Positions 63,294 through 64,000 of a stretch of 64,000 nt of DNA are shown here, piece after piece (the stretch's first letter is position 1; each line of letters begins with the position of its first letter). Location of the stretch: positions 11,545-75,544 of IMG/VR virus record IMGVR_UViG_3300033067_001005; one strand, given 5' to 3'. A program made the translations under genes and the position numbers. The notes below the pieces were generated by a model that saw only the letters and a list, made by a program, of their open reading frames with translations, was not told where the DNA came from and did not search any database. Source of the DNA: a virus (taxonomy: Duplodnaviria; Caudoviricetes).

Positions 63294-63857
63294 ATGAGCG
63301 ACCAACGTCCCATCAAATTCCGCGCAGTGGCCAGCGAGACTGACCCCGACATGCTCGACGTGAAGCAGACGCTTCGGCGGGCCAAGATCGCCTCGGAGCA
63401 CTTCGCCGATATCGAGCGAACGGTCAGTGGACAGAAGCGCGTAGAGGATCCTGGAGGCGACCAATTCATGAAGGTCAGCTGGAAGGAATTCCTCGACATC
63501 CGACAGGACGAACGCTTCATCCCGATGTCCAAGTACATCATGAACCTGATGTTCTATGCCGACGGGCAGAAGCCCAGACCCAAGCCTCTTCGCCCCCTAA
63601 TCAGGAATGAGGTAGGGATGTGGACCAATGCTCGCGGGGAGCAGAAGATCGTCTTCCTGAAGGACGCTGGTCCTGACGACGTTGGCGAGGGCAAGTACTA
63701 CCACGTCAGCGGTGTAGACTTCAGCAAGAGCGGCACCACTCTAGATGAGGCTGACAGCACCAAGGTGGCCAGCATGCTCCAGACTGGCACTCTAGAGGTG
63801 CTTTCTCCTGAGCCTGTCATCGTGGTGGAAACGGAGGCTCCCGATGGGACTGATTGA
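63294..63857 (+). CDS. hypothetical protein
   Basis: SD AGGAG; 187 aa. Confidence 0.6.
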   Translation: MSDQRPIKFRAVASETDPDMLDVKQTLRRAKIASEHFADIERTVSGQKRVEDPGGDQFMKVSWKEFLDIRQDERFIPMSKYIMNLMFYADGQKPRPKPLRPLIRNEVGMWTNARGEQKIVFLKDAGPDDVGEGKYYHVSGVDFSKSGTTLDEADSTKVASMLQTGTLEVLSPEPVIVVETEAPDGTD

Positions 63858-64000
63858 AATCTGCAAGGTGATGACCACGGAGACGGCGCATAGGCTTCAG
63901 AGGCATAACGGGAAATGCCGCCATCTCCACGGACACAGATACTCGTTCGAGGTCATCCTACAGGCGGCGGAAGAACTGCTACCGAAGGATGGGATGCTGG
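63844..64000 (+). CDS. queD: 6-carboxy-5,6,7,8-tetrahydropterin synthase (5' part, truncated by window end)
   Basis: read by hand: MGLIEICKVMTTETAHRLQRHNGKCRHLHGHRYSFEV, with the AH.L...GKC..LHGH.Y signature. Confidence 0.88.
   Translation, partial: MGLIEICKVMTTETAHRLQRHNGKCRHLHGHRYSFEVILQAAEELLPKDGML

Noticed and set aside
104-63541. Numerous minus-strand ORFs in the six-frame track
   Set aside because: All lie antisense to well-supported + strand genes, lack SD sites and recognisable motifs; expected shadows in GC-rich coding DNA.
1-64000. Stop-codon reassignment suggested by abundant CTAG/TAG
   Set aside because: Conserved genes are uninterrupted in the standard code, and TAG ends genes immediately before the next ATG (758/759, 62920/62921).

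Overview
The window is most of the genome of a tailed, contractile-tail (myovirus) bacteriophage. GC is roughly 55-60% by eye, every credible gene is on the + strand, and many genes are coupled by TAATG/ATGA overlaps. Gene order: SLT-like transglycosylase and queC; a Gly/Arg-rich peptide and a Prp-family cysteine protease; large terminase; an SPP1-type portal apparently split into two ORFs; head-associated fibre genes; scaffold and N4-gp56-type major capsid; neck, sheath, tube, frameshifted chaperone and tape measure; baseplate, tail fibre and accessory tail genes (to ~43.9 kb). After that come an SF2 helicase, lipoproteins, a DUF2829/Tad2-like protein, a papain-like peptidase, a candidate origin, and a replication/recombination module (DnaB-like helicase, primase, SSB-like protein, intein-containing family A polymerase, RecA, Cas4-like nuclease, resolvases). 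The window ends in the 5' part of queD. I saw no integrase, repressor, tRNA or CRISPR array. The most striking observation is a self-contained proteolytic maturation system: the phage encodes its own Prp-like protease, and four proteins (the adjacent peptide, scaffold, a capsid-adjacent protein and the tail tube) carry the same [FY]-L-x-T-F motif in short N-terminal extensions. Other highlights are the split portal interrupted by two paralogous basic genes, near-absence of TTAA in a genome with 7-deazaguanine pathway genes, and an alternating purine-pyrimidine candidate origin. All family assignments come from motif recognition by eye; no database searches were run.
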